From: Lama guanicoe
Taxonomy: Eukaryota
Assembly (NCBI GenBank): GCA_013239625.1
Contig: MU053561.1
Span: 2,372,283 to 2,436,282 of the forward strand
Reading direction: 5' to 3'
Length of the DNA stretch: 64,000 nt
Made by a program: the position numbers and the translations under genes. Below are positions 12,325-25,200 of the stretch, piece by piece. The notes below the pieces were generated by a model. It did not search any database, had not been told where the DNA came from, and saw nothing but the letters and a program-made list of their open reading frames with translations. Within the stretch, counting starts at the first letter, position 1. Each line of letters starts with the position of its first letter.

Positions 12325-12685
12325 CTTTCTTCTGGAATGTTCTTTTCCCAAATCCTGATATGCTGAATTCTTCCTAATGTTCAGATCTCAGCTTAAATGC
12401 CACCTCAGAGAGGCCTTCCCAACCAAAAGTACTCCCACCTCCCCCTCATGCCAGTCACTCCCAGTCACATCATTCTGTCTTATTTTTATTAAAGCAAATA
12501 TCACCTCCTGATATTTCTTATTTTATTCATGTCTTGTTTGTTAGCTATCTTCCCCCCACTGTAGTGGTAAAATATAAGCCTATAAGAACAGAGTTTGTCT
12601 CCTTAGTGCCATATGTCCTGCTATTAGACAATGTCTAGCATCTAGTAGGTGATCAGTAAATGTTTATTACATGAATGCATGAAAA
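12325..12685 (+). mobile_element. L2a 3' end
   Basis: ttcagatctcagcttaaatgccacctcagagaggccttccc...tagtaggtgatcagtaaatgtttattacatgaatg. Confidence 0.85.
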
Positions 12686-12719
12686 GTATTCTCATTTCTT
12701 ATTTTAAAAATAGCACACT

Positions 12720-12849
12720 GGGATAGGGTATAGCGCAGTGGTAGAGTGCATGCCTTGCATGCATGAGGTCCTGGGTTCCAGTACCTCCATTAATAAACAA
12801 ATAAATAAATAAACCTAATTACCTCCCCAAACAAAAAACATAAATAAAA
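12720..12849 (+). mobile_element. tRNA-Ala-derived camelid SINE (vic-1 type)
   Basis: gggtatagcgcagtggtagagtgcatgccttgcatgcatgaggtcctgggttc + aaataaacctaattacctcccc tail. Confidence 0.9.
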
Positions 12850-14842
12850 CTATCACAGTGTCATATTATATGTCAATTGTACCTTAATTTGATTGTCTAA
12901 TTAAAAAATAATAAGTACGAATAGCCTATACCTGTAATTTTTACTTCTTTTTGCCATAATAACTGTTCGGGAGTTTGCCCTCCACCTCAAGTGAACATTT
13001 TATTTGTTTGTTTAATTTCCAGTTTATCGCTTTCTGATAAGATAAAGTGGCTCATAGAAATTTTATGCTTTGAAACTTCCTGAGTTTATCTTCGTGTCTT
13101 ATTTATGATCACTCTTTGTAAATGTCCCACAGAAGCTTAAAAAGATGTCATACTTTCTCTTTGTGAAAGAAAAATTCTATCTATGATTCAGATTGTCTAT
13201 GGCTTTGACAACTTTTGTTTATTTCAGCTGTCAAAGTTTGAGATATGTGTACTTAAAAGCCTCCTACAAATATTGTATTTCAAGCATTTTTTTCCTTATG
13301 TTTCTAGCATCCTTTGTTATTGTTACAGAAAGATTTCAGCTACTAAATCTTTGTTGTAGATTGTACATTTTTTCAGTATAAAATGTTTTTCTTTGACTCA
13401 TTTAATGCTTTTTGACATGAATCCTGTTTGTCTGAAATAAGCCACCCCTGCTCTCCTTCTGTTTGTGTTTGTCTGAAGAGAGAATCTGGGAACTTCTGAT
13501 GGCTCAAGGAGCCCCTTTCCTGATGTACAGCAAGAGGTTAAAAAAAAAAAAAGCCCTGAGGACCAGTTGAATTCCAATGGGAATTAATGCACTGTATGTT
13601 TCAAATACTTCTCCTGTACGAAAAAAAGACAATATATTGGTAAATCCTCCAAGAGTGCTGAAATTGCAACTTTTCTAGAGCCAGAAATCACACACCTGTC
13701 AAGCCAACTTAGAAATGTCCAGACATCAAGAATGTTCCCCAAATGGTTGCATTTGGGATTCACCCTGGACTATGTGACTCTTTTGTGAAGGTGTCCCTGG
13801 TGTTGAGTGTGATTTGAGGTAGCCAGACAGGTTCCTAACACAGCTAAGGGAGCAGGGTGAGGTGAAAGGTGTGGAAAGTCCTGGCTTCTGGGTGTCTGGG
13901 CAAGAAGTTCTGTCTCCCACAGGCTCCCCTGCTTTGTTTGATTGGCAGTGATTTGAGACGTCCTTGTCCACTCCCACCATTAGGAACTGAGATGTGGGAG
14001 TGGAAGATACTTGAGAAAGTTCACGATGCTTTTGTAATGGGACAGAGCCCTGAGAAGTCATCATTCTCCATGAAACAAAACCAACACAGTGTTCAGATCT
14101 GGCTTCATGGCACCTGGGTACGGTGGCAAAATAAGAAGTAAGCAATAACGCAGTAGCAGAACCCTGGTTGAATGGCAGGGGACCTGTGTGTGATTCTGTG
14201 TCACTTTTCATTATGTGCAAAACGGGCATGAGCAAGGCGGGGAGCATCTTACTTATCAAGAGCCTTCTAGAAATGGATGAGAAAATGTGCTAGGTTGCGA
14301 AGTGCTGAGAGCTATTTGGAAGAAAAAAGTACAGTTACAAAAAAAAGACAAAAACAGTACAAATGAGCTGTAGTGGAAACTGGGATTTGCCACCAAGCGC
14401 CCCTTCCCTTTCAATGAAGGGCTGGCTGTCCCAGGTGCTTGGGATGCCATCTGCTGATGACCTTCAGCTGGTGCCCCCTGCAGAGAGCCTCCCCACCCAG
14501 GTTAGTCCGTCTCATGGTGGCCCACATCTAGTGATTGATCTGTAGAGGGTATAAAGCTCTTGTCACTTTGTTCCAGTTCAGGAAACCCTGAAGGTCAGTC
14601 CAGGTCTGGAACTCCCAGGAGTGCTCTGAGACCTTCCCTATTACTACTCAGCCCGCCGGCTTTTAGGGGAAGCCCCACTACAACACGAGCCATGCAGAGT
14701 AGTGGACATAACTTATCTCTTAAGTGTTCTTCCTCCAGAAATTTAAGCATATCCTCAGTACAGGCATACCTCACTTTAAGGAAAAACTATTTTTTAAAAT
14801 GTGGATTTTTTTTTAAAAAGTTAAATTGAGGGGAAATTTTAA

Positions 14843-15110
14843 CAATAGCTACCACTAATTTAGCACTTAATATGCATCAGATCTAGCTAAATGCTTCATA
14901 TCCATGAGCTCATTTGATTTTCAGAACAATCGTCTGAGGTAGATACTAATAATAGGTTCATTTTATAGCTGCTGTGGGAAACTGAGCTTGGAAAGGTTCA
15001 GTGGTTTGCCCAAGTTCACATCTAGGAAGTGGTGGGATGAGATCTGAAACTTAATTCTGCCTGACTCCAAAAAACTGGCTAGTGAACAACCACAAGATAC
15101 CACCTCTTAG
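14843..15110 (-). mobile_element. MIR SINE
   Basis: gaaactgagcttggaaaggttcagtggtttgcccaagttcaca...ctgactccaaa. Confidence 0.85.
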
Positions 15111-15971
15111 CACTATGCTAGAGCGTGCTTCCCGGTAACTCCTGTAAATAATGAATTCTTTTGCAACACTGAAAAAAGAACTGGATTTAAAAAAAAAAAG
15201 GAGGGTGGGTATATTATATTTTCTAGAAAAAAAGGAACACTAGGAACAGCATAGATATTAAGCCCTTCCTCTTGGTCTATTAGCTTCCATGTCGGTAAAG
15301 AGAACTGGAATTTATAGAATAAGAAGCACTTGCCAGGATTCAAATACATCAGGAATTTGTAAAATATTCAAGACAGCAGGGTCCACAGAACAATGCATTT
15401 TGAAAATAAGCCTTATCTGCTGCCCAAGAGTTAGGGGGCTATTTATAATCTCAATGACCTCTGGTTTAAGGAAAATAACTTTTTTTTTAAACGTCTTCAG
15501 AAGAGAGTTAATCCTACCAAGGCTGTTTTCCATGTTTCGGTCCCTCCTGCCTGAGTATGCATATGTTCTTCCATCCTAACGGTGCCCACCGGGGACCATG
15601 CCCTTGGAAGCCCTGCTTGTCTCAGCAGCTACGATATCCCCTGAAGACATGCATCTACGACACTTCAGTGAGCGGAGGCGAATTTGCCTGCATTTGCACA
15701 AGGGCACTAAGACCCCCAGATACCAAGCCTCACTGTCAGTTTAGCATCTCTCTTTCTCAATTTCTTTCCAGCCTTGCTGGGATTTTAAGTAACAACCAAA
15801 GCACCAGTTGGGCAGCTTCCCAAAGAGTTTTCAGCCACATTGAAGCCTTCCTGCCCCTCATCAGGCACTGCAGGCCAGATCCCCGTGTCCTGCACATCTG
15901 CCCGACTGAGAGAGAACAGAGCCAAACTCTGTCAGGTCAGAGGCCACATTTTCTTTCAATTTATTAAAAAA

Positions 15972-17595
15972 AATTTTATTGAAGTATAGTCAGTTACAAT
16001 GTGTCAATTTCTTGTGTACAGCATAATGTCCCAGTCATGCATATATGAACATATGTTCATTTTCATATTCTTTTTCATTAAAGGTTATTGCAAGATATTG
16101 AATATAGTTCCCTGTGCTATACAGAAGAAATCAGTGGTTAACATTTGCAAATCTCAAAGTCCCAAATTTATTCTTTCCACCCCTTTTCCTCTAGTAACCA
16201 TAAGATTGTTTACTACGTCTGTGAGTCTGTTTCTGTTTTCTAGATGAGCTCATTAGTGTCCTCTTTTTTCTTTTTCTTTTTTTTTTTAAATTCCACATAT
16301 GAATGATATCATATAGTATTTTCTTTCTCTTTCTGGCTTACTTCACTTAGAATGACAGCCTCCAGGTCTATCCATGTTGTGGCAAATGGCATTATTTTAT
16401 TCTTTTTATGGCTGAGTAGTATTCCATCATATAAATATACCACAAATTCTTTATCCAGTCATCTGTCATTGGACATTTAGGTTGCCTCCATGTCTAGGCT
16501 ATTGTACATAGTGTTGCTATGAACATTGGGGTGCATGTTTTTTTTGAATTAGAGTTCCCTCTGGACGTAGGAGTGGGATTGCTGGATTATATGTTAAATC
16601 TATTTTTAGTTTTTTAAGGACTCTCCATACTGTTTTCCATAATGGCTGCACCAAACTACATTCCCACCAGCCATGTAGGAGGGTTCCCTTTTCTCCACAT
16701 TCTCTCCAGCATTTATTGTTTGTGAACTTTTGAATGATGGCCATTGTGACTAGTGTGAGGTGATACCTCATTGTAGCTTTCATTTGCATTTCTCTGATAG
16801 CGATATTGAGCATTTTTTTCATGTGCCTATCAGCCATTTGTATGCCTTCACTGGAGAATTGCTTGTTTAGGTCTTCTGCCCATTTTTGGATTGGGTTGTT
16901 TGTTTTTTTGCTATTAAGTTGTATAAGCTGTTTATATAGTCTGGAAATTAAGCCCTTGTCAGTCTCATCTTTTGCAAATGTTTTCTCCCATTCCATTGGT
17001 TGTCTTTTTGTTTTACTTATGGTTTCCTTTGCTGTGCAAAAGCATACAAGTTTAATTAGGTCCCATTTCTTATTTTTTCTTTTATTTCTATTGCCTGGTA
17101 GACTGCCCTAGGAGAATACTGCTGAGATTTATGTCAGAGAATGTTTTGCCTATATTTTCTTCTAAGAGGCTTATATTGTCTTGTCTTATGTTTAAGTCTT
17201 TAAGCCATTTTGAGTTTATTTTTGTGTGTGGTGTGAGGGAGTGTTCTACTTCCACTGATTTACATGCAGCTGTCCAGTTTTCCTAACACCACTTGCTGAA
17301 GAGACTGTCTTTTCTCCATTGTATATTCTTGCCTCCTTTGTGGAAGATTAATTGACTGTGGATCTATGGGTTTATTTGTGGGTTCTCTATTCTGTTCCAT
17401 TGGTCCTTATGTCTGTTTGTGTACAAATACCATGCTGTTTTGATTACTATAGCTCTGTAGTATTGTCTGAAGTCTGGGAAGGTTATTCCTCCAGCTTCAT
17501 TCTTTTTCTTCAGTAATGGTTTGACAATTCAGGGTCCTTTGTGATTCCATATAAATTTTAGGATTATTTGTTCTAGTTTTGTGAAAAACGTCATA
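15972..17595 (-). mobile_element. 5'-truncated L1 (ORF2 3' part + 3' UTR)
   Basis: ORF 16517-16996 is L1 ORF2-like (WEKTFA...[12 protein letters not shown]...QPLWKTVWR); 3' UTR ttttattgaagtatagtcagttac. Confidence 0.95.
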
Positions 17596-17994
17596 TTTTT
17601 ACATCAGGTAACCTGATCTGTTCCTAGACGGGTGTCAATCTCTTCATCAAACACCCCGGGCCTTGTGCCTAAGTCATGCTTTCCTTTGTACATGCCCTGG
17701 CCCCTGCCACACCCTTGCCCTCCAGGACTCCTAGGGGTGGTCTGAGCCACCTACAGTGTCTGCTTTTTCTGTTTGTCCAGCCCCACAGAGACAGGCCACA
17801 GGGAAGTGCACGGGTGCTGTGTCATGCTAACAGAAGATGCTCAGCAGGGATCGCAGGGCCACAGAGGACATTGTGCCAGGAGCTAGCGGTGAAGGATGAT
17901 GTGTGCTGGCTTCCTTTAGAAAGCTTTGTGGATGGAGCTCTGATGAGGGACGTTCAGGGCATCATGATTCAGTGTTGTATCAGTGGCAGTGCTC

Positions 17995-18200
17995 ACTTTT
18001 ATTAACTATTGATTATATATCTGGCAGCCGTCTGAGTGCTTCACCTACATGATGTCACTTAATCTTCCCCAAAATGCTATGAAATATGACCAATATTTTC
18101 CTTGTTTCCTTGGATGAAGAAATTGAAGGTTAAAGAGGAGTTTTGCCCGAGGTCAGAGAGAGAAGCTGAGCCAGGATTCACACTGGTCTGTCTGGCTGTA
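17995..18200 (-). mobile_element. MIR SINE
   Basis: tcacttaatcttcccc...gatgaagaaattgaggt...ttgcccgaggtca...gagccaggattca. Confidence 0.75.
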
Positions 18201-18209
18201 TTGCTGGCC

Positions 18210-18430
18210 CATGGGCTGAGCTGAGCGTAGCCTGCCAGTGTTTTGAATGACATTTAAAAATGTGAGCCAATATTTTAAGTGCAAAAGAAACACATATAAA
18301 ATTCTAGTATCTCTTAAAAAATGGGTATGTATGACAACATTGGGCCCTCAGTCCAAAGCGTCCCATTTATGGGAGGTGAGTATTAGCTGCCTCGTTAGAA
18401 GGGGCCTGTGCTCCCAGTTTCCACAGAACC
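18210..18430. mobile_element. MER102-like hAT remnant
   Basis: gacaacattgggccc...gagtattagctgcctcgttagaaggggcctgtgctcccagtttccacag. Confidence 0.55.
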
Positions 18431-18734
18431 TAGTGCAACAGGCTGGTTCTGTTCAGGTACTGTGTGACTCCCACGTGCTCGTGAATTGCCATTCCTGTTG
18501 TGCTGCCCCCTGTTCCATGGTTTTTGGGCAGCAGGTGTTTCCCTGGCTTTGCACTGTCCTGGAAACAGAATTTGGGTCTAACATTCCTGTCTTCAGTTGG
18601 TTAGGAACAGAGAACACGGATGCAAGCATGGAGCAACATGGCGGGATATTAGTTTAGGGTTAATTTCAAAGTCAGTTCATCTCTGAGGGGGATGGCAGGC
18701 TGAAGGGCTGGCATGGAAATTGCTGGAAAGTGAC

Positions 18735-18875
18735 CATGGACCTGGAATTTACACCAGGTTGTGCCACAGACTCGTTGTGCAAGCCAATCTGAGTCACTTT
18801 CCTCTGCATCTATAAAAGGGAGAGACTGAAGTTGTTAAGTTGTAGGACAGATGTCAGCTCTGAAACTCTTCTCTG
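18735..18875 (+). mobile_element. MIR3-like fragment
   Basis: gagtcactttcctctgcatctataaaaggg...cagctctgaaactct. Confidence 0.5.
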
Positions 18876-19814
18876 CTACTGCTTGTAAGTCACATTTCCA
18901 TATGAGAAGGACTGACTTTGGGAGCATCTCTTAAGGAGGTGGATAGGTTTGGAAATTGCCTTCAGTGAGTACAGATGAACAAGTAAGCAGCAAATGACTT
19001 TGGCTGGCACAGCTTCAGAGCAGCGGGGAGGCCCTGGACCCAGCCCAGTGAAAAAAGGTGGGGCCTGAGTTATTGGAAATCTTTGGATTCCAGAGCTTTC
19101 CTTTATATGAGTTCAAGGGTCAGGCCAGGGCTTGGTTCTTTATTTAGAGAACCATGATAATAACCACTGAAATCATTGCTTGCCAGAACAAATGTTCTTG
19201 CCAGAACATCTCGCCCCAAACAATATCGCTGGGAACTATACTGGACGGAATATCACAGTCTTTCAGTACAGTTAGAGGACCTCACAGGGACAGTATTGTT
19301 TTCTCCTCTCTCTTTTGAAGCACGAACCTTATCACAACAAAGCAAACCTGTTTCTCAAATTAGAGCAGCCGTGAAAAATAAATAAGTAGTTATCTAAAAG
19401 ATAGACCAAGAGATCAGGCACGGGTCCAAGAAAAAAGAGCCTCATAATAGATTTTTCTTATATGCTTTTTTGTATGTCTGGGGGCCTTGTAATTCCCTCT
19501 GGCCTGTCACCATCTCTGAGTGTAAGTTTCCCTGGCTTCACAGAGTTAGCCCTATTTTCTCTGTGGCAAAGTTGATGTGTACAACCCAAAGTTTAGATGC
19601 TCATCTGAAAACGATCTCAGGCGTGTCTTCCTGGTATCCCCCAAACTTGGGCAGGTTTGAGGGTAGATGTGGGGTCCTATAGGAGAGATGTGGCCTCTTC
19701 TGCGAGCCAGTTGCTGATTGAGACTCTTTGAGGATCTATGGGGAGGCCAGCTTGACCGGGACTGTGCCTACTGGCTTGACCTCATAGAAGCTTGCCTCTA
19801 TAGCCAGAGCCAAC

Positions 19815-19970
19815 TGACTTTCCAGCTTGTGCTGGAGTACATCACTTGTTAAAATGAGAATTTTGATTCAGTAGGTCTAGGTTGTGAGCAGAGGGAGTGT
19901 CTCCATTTCTAACAGGCTCCCTAGCGATGCTGATGTGGCTGGTCCATGGACCATGTTTTGAACTGCAAGG
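19815..19970 (-). mobile_element. MER5A hAT MITE
   Basis: gattcagtaggtctagg...catttctaacaggctccc...gatgctgatg...ggtccatggacca. Confidence 0.8.
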
Positions 19971-19978
19971 TCCTACAC

Positions 19979-20411
19979 TCATGGTTCTCAAAGTGTGCCA
20001 CCAGGACCCCAGGCAGTAACATCTCATGGGAACTTGTTAGAAATGCATATTCTTAGGCCCCACCCCAGATCTCCTGAATCAGAAACTCTGGAAATGTGGT
20101 CTGGCAACCAGATTTTAACAAATCCTTAGGGGTAGGAAGGGTTAAATTGGGAGATAGAGATTTGCAGATACTAACTACTATATATAAAACAGATAAACAA
20201 GTTTATAGTGTACAGCACAGGGAACTCTATTCAATAGCTTGTAGTAACCTATGATGAAAAAGAATATGAAAACGAATATATGTATGTATATGTACGACTG
20301 AAACGTTATGTTGTACACTAGGAATTTTTGACAACATTGTAAATAGACTATACTTCAATTGAAAAAATCCTCTGGGTTATTCTGATGCATGCTAGAGTTT
20401 GAAAACCCCTG
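19979..20411 (+). mobile_element. MER5A hAT MITE interrupted by an L1 3' tip
   Basis: tggttctcaaagtgtg...gggaacttgttagaaatgca...ttttaacaa[L1]...ttctgatgcatgctagagtttgaaaacccctg. Confidence 0.9.
20127..20362 (+). mobile_element. L1 3' UTR tip
   Basis: gatttgcagatactaactactatatataaaa...gactatacttcaatt; flanked by aaatcct (20120-20126, 20365-20371). Confidence 0.9.
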
Positions 20412-20420
20412 TCTATACTT

Positions 20421-20806
20421 TGTTATGGGTGGAATTGTGTCTCTCCCCAAAACATATATTGAAGCTCTAACCTCAAGTACATGTGACTGTCACCTTATTT
20501 GGAAATAGGGTCTTTACAGATCTAATCAAGGTAAAACGAAGCCATTATCATGAGCCCTATTTCAATACAGTAGGTGTCTTTATGACATGACCATATGAAG
20601 ACACAGAGACACACAGGGAGAAGATGGCCGTGTGATGAGGGTGACAGAGATTGGAGTGATGCCTACATGTGTTAGAGGGAGCATGGCACTGCCAACACCT
20701 TGATTTTGAATTTGTAGCCTCCACAACTGCGAGACAGTAAATTTCTGTTATTTTAAATCACCCAGTTTGTGGTACCTTGTCATGGCAGCCCAAAGAAAGT
20801 CATACA
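20421..20806 (+). mobile_element. MLT1B/C solo LTR
   Basis: tgttatgggtggaattgtgtc...accttatttggaaatagggtctttacaga...ggtaccttgtcatggcagccc...taca. Confidence 0.9.
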
Positions 20807-20989
20807 GCCATGAAAGGCTTTCTCTGCTCTGTGATAGAACAGCAGGTGTTGACAGGGCCCAGGTGCAAGGTTTGCCTGATGGGTGGCTGGATACAGGGAA
20901 AGAGTGGAACAAGGTGAAAAGGAAACAGGAAGCAGTGATAATATATTGTCTGAGGTATATGTGGGTTTAATGATTTAAAAAAGTTATTT

Positions 20990-21490
20990 GCAAGTTAATT
21001 TAACAAGCATTTATTGAGTCCTTACTAAGTGCCAAGATCAGTTTGAGGCCCTGGGGATATAACAGAGCTCAAGACAAGATCCTTTTCCTCAAGAAACTTC
21101 CAGTCATAAGTAAACAGGTACTTACCATTTAAGGGCAGTTGCTACTCTGGAGGGAGTATAGACAGAGTATACGAGTGGGGCAGCCACAAACAGTTGTGCA
21201 GGTTGTGCACTGTGCAACACATAGTCTCTAATGTCAGTGGTCTTTGTTAGGCTTCTGTGGTACACAACTGCTCTACTGAACATGGTTCCTCCATTGGGAA
21301 GATACAAGAAGGACATTTAATTCATTCTTGAGGGGCAAGAGAAGCTTCCCAAAGGAAGTAGAATCTAAACTGAGATCTGAGGAGTGAGTGAAAATTAGTC
21401 AGTGTGGAGGAGGCCAAGTGTGGGGAATCAGAAAGGAGAAGTGTTTAGAAAAAGCAAAGAGCATATGCCAGACTGAGGGGTGGCCAGAGC
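20990..21490 (-). mobile_element. L2 3' region, containing a MER91-like fragment at ~21177-21225
   Basis: ttaacaagcatttattgagtccttact; cagttgtgcaggttgtgcactg. Confidence 0.7.
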
Positions 21491-21989
21491 AGCAGCGAGG
21501 AGTGTGTCCAGCCAAGGACTCTGTAGGAGAGGAGTCAACTGTCAACTAGGAGGAATCATCCTCTTTCATTAGCACCTACAGCCCCCCAGGTAAGCCCCAT
21601 TTTGTACCAAAACTTCTTTTCTTTGTTTACCCAAATATCCCCCAAAGGAATTAAAGCCTGTTATGTCTTGGTCATAAAACGAGTGCAATTTGCTTGTAAC
21701 AGAACAGGTTAGGTGTTGGATAGGATGGGATAAGACAGGTGTCAATGCTGTGTTTAAAGTGTTCATGTGTGATTGACTAAGAAACCGTAACTTCAACTTT
21801 CTTCTTTGGCATGGGGTCCTCCCCCACTCCCCAGTGAGGATCAGGAACTGGGGAGGCCACATGAAAGCTGGCTTGTGTTTTGAATGTATTCTGTTGGAAA
21901 TCCGAGACCGTGCAAAATCCATTCTCATAGAAGGAAAGACCTGCTCAAGTTATACTCTTGAATCTAGAATACGAGTTGGGAGTGATCAA

Positions 21990-22285
21990 CAGTAACAATA
22001 ATAATATTGTGCAGGTTATGTAGCACCTACAGTATAGTAGGCACTATCCTTTGGACTTGATATATGTTAATATATCCAATTTTCATAAATATGCTATGAG
22101 GTATAGTATATTTATACTATATGGAATATGCTGTATGATATGCTATATCATCTCTATTCTACCGATGAGGAGACAGAAGCACAGAGAGGGTAAGCAAGCT
22201 GCCCAAGATAGCCAAGTGATGGAGCTGGGATTACATCCAGGCAGCCTGGCTCCAGAGATTGCTCTTCACCACTCTACTATGTTAT
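21990..22285 (-). mobile_element. MIR SINE
   Basis: gatgaggagacagaagcacagagagg...gagctgggattacatccaggcagcctggctccagag. Confidence 0.8.
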
Positions 22286-22297
22286 GTTGATTAATTA

Positions 22298-22329
22298 ATG
22301 GATGGATGAATGAATGAATGAATGAATGA
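22298..22329 (+). repeat. (AATG)n/(GATG)n tract, L2-tail type
   Basis: atggatggatgaatgaatgaatgaatgaatga. Confidence 0.85.
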
Positions 22330-23439
22330 TAAAGCTTTTTTAAAAAATGTTTTCTGGCTAGGTCTCCAAAAAGAAGAATCAATGAAGCGGTAAAGTTCAG
22401 TCCCAGAGCTTTCTGCTTAATCAAGGTTCTACAGTTTATCTTTCATTGCAAGGTAATGGGCTGTTTATACTCAGAGCCGTCTAAATGCTGAAAAAACACT
22501 GATGTTAACAGTTGTTGATGAGTGACTGCGAAAGGCTGAACACTTTAATTTTTTTGGAACACTTTAATTTAAAGTGAGTGCAAGAATTAATTGCCAGTGA
22601 GTTAAAAGGCTTTATCTGCCATTTCTCTGCTGCTCGGTCTTCTGCCTTCCACTCAGAACAATAACAAGGGCGTTGTGAGCACAAGTGTGACTGGCTGGTT
22701 TTTCCTTTCCAAGCTGCCTGGTTTTGTAACTTGCGCTTACATCTGGCGACCTGGAAATGTACGAAAGAATTCTGTACCCCAGTGGCATCTCTATGTTCTT
22801 AAGGGACTGATAGGACCCCCACCCCCACCCCCAACTCAGGGAAAAAGGCTAAAGCATAGTTCGCGAGTTCTTGGAGTGGAGGACCTAGATTTCATCCCAT
22901 CTGTATCCTCAGCATCTAAGAGTGCCTGGCACATAGTAGGAGCTTTACATTAGGACAGGTTATCGGCACTGTCTGATCAGGGGCAATTTTGATGGTGTAG
23001 AGGGAGTTCTAAGAAAAATCATAAACACTTCTTGATTGAAATGGTGTTTTCTAAATCTTCAAATAACAATTCACTTGCTTTCTCTTTCCCCCTTCAGTTA
23101 CCTCCCAAATCGTTTTTCCTCAGACTCCGTATTCTTCCTCCATAGAGAAGCCCACTCACTCAACTCTGTTTTGTTGGAGTTCTGTGTGTGTGCTCAGTCC
23201 TCTGCGTGGATCTTATGCTGATCTAGATGGGTGTCCAGGAATGTCTGTGCCAGTGTGTGTGTGAACATGTGTATCTGTGTATCTAGGTACGTAGGGATCA
23301 AGGACTTAAAGCAAAATCATAACGCTAAACCTAAACATGCCGATTTGCTAAACTAAGGCAACCTGAGAGTTAAACTTTTCTTGAGCCAAAGCTTAGAAGA
23401 AAATGACTTGGTTCAATTTAAGACAAGCAATAGAAATTT

Positions 23440-25200
23440 TCAAAAATCATGTAACATTTTAGGGAGATAATCCATTTATATGATTCAAAATTAAATAAAT
23501 ATACATACATAAATGTCTGTTTTTTATCCTTGTTCACCATGTGTCCAGTGTCTCTTCATCTTCGCAAACCGGTAACCATGTTAATGTTTCCTTTGGATTC
23601 TTCCAGAGATTTTAAATATGTACACAAGCAAATACAAATTAACAATGCCATCTCCTCCTTCCTACACAAACGAGAGCATGCTATGCTCTTTTATTCTGCA
23701 TCTTACTTTTTTTTCACTTTATAATCCATCTTGGAAATCTTTTTTTTAAGCTTTTTTTTAATTCACACATAGTTGATTTACAATGTGTTAATTTCTCATG
23801 TACAGTATAGTGATTCAGTTATATATACATATATATTCCTTTTCACCTTCTTTTTCATTATAGGCTATTACAAGATAGTGAATATAGTTCCTTGTGCTTT
23901 ACAGTAGGATCTTTTTATCTATTTTATATATAATAGTTAGTATCTACAAATTCCGAACTCCCAATTTATCCCTCCCTACCCCTTCTCCCCTTGGAAGCCA
24001 TAAGTTTGTTTTCTATGTCTGTGAGTCTGTTTCTGTTCTGTAAATAAGTTCATTTGTGTCCTTTTTTAAGATTTCACATTTAAGTGATATCATATGGTAC
24101 TTTTCTTTCTCTTTCTAACTTACTTCACTTAGTATGACGATCTCCAGGTTCAACCATGTTTCTGTAAATGGCATTATTTTATTCTTCTTTATGGTTGAAT
24201 AGTACTCCACTGTATATACATACCACAACTTCTTTATCCAGTCATCTGTCAATAGATATTTAAGTTGCTTCTATGTCTTAGCTATTGTAAATAGTGCTGC
24301 TATGAACATTGGGGTGCATGTATCTTTTCAAATTACTAGAGTTCCCTCCAGATATATGCCCAAGAGTGGGATTGCTGGATCATATGGTAAGTCTATTTTC
24401 AGCTTTTTAAGGAATCTACATACTGTTTTCCATAGTGGCTGCACCAAACTACATCCCCAACAACAATGTAGGAGGATTCATCTTGGATATTTTTTGTTCA
24501 TGAGAAGGGCCTTCATTCTCTTTTCACAACTACAACAGTATTCTGTTGGATGGCTGTTTAACCAGTCTCTAATTGGTGGACATTTGGGTTGTTGCCAATT
24601 TCTTATGACAGCAAACAGTACTGCAATGAATAACCAGTTCTGATGGTTTATTACTAAATTGCTCACCAATGGGTGACACTAATTGGCATTTACAGCAGCA
24701 GTGTAGAAGAATGCCCATTCCTGTTTCCTTTCAATACACTTGAAGTTTTAATAATTTGTTAGCAAAAATGGCATCTCATAGTTTGAATTTGTGTTGTTCT
24801 CAACGTAAGGGAGGCTGGCTCTCTGTGTATTTAAAAGCTATTGTATTTCCTTTATTTGTGAACTGTTTCTTTACATTCTTTGCCCAATTTTTTTTCTGGG
24901 TAATTGGGTTTTTTTCTTATCGATCTATAGGAGCTCTTAGAATATTAAAGACATTAAACTTTGTGAACTGAGTTATAGACAATTTGCTCCCAGTTTCCAT
25001 TTGTCTTTATTCTTTGCTCAAGGAGATTTTGCCAAGCAATGACTTTGATTTTTATGGAATTTAATTTTTAAATCTTTTACGTTATGCCTTCTAGATTTTA
25101 TATCATAGTTAGAAAGGTCTTCTCTTCTCTGATTTATACAGGAGCTTCCCTTTTAGGATTTATTTTTTACCTTTATTATTTGATACATTTGGAATGGCTC
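23440..25200 (-). mobile_element. old L1ME host element split by a younger L1
   Basis: antisense L1M motifs on both sides of 23743-24475 (ggtggacatttgggttgttgcc; catagttagaaaggtc). Confidence 0.7.
23743..24475 (-). mobile_element. 5'-truncated L1 with degenerate TSD
   Basis: same 3' UTR/ORF2 end as other young copies; TSD atccatcttggaaatcttt (23724) vs attcatcttggatatttt (24476). Confidence 0.92.

Larger units (their letters stand above)
11630..13480 (-). mobile_element. fragmented old L1M, interrupted by L2 and SINE
   Basis: antisense L1 ORF2-like motifs (ttgcatttctagaatgaaag, gtaaatgtccc, aataagccacccctgctctcc). Confidence 0.55.

Noticed and set aside
13726..14259. 177-aa minus-strand ORF in unique sequence
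   Set aside because: No recognisable domain, codon pattern or exon structure; length is compatible with chance.
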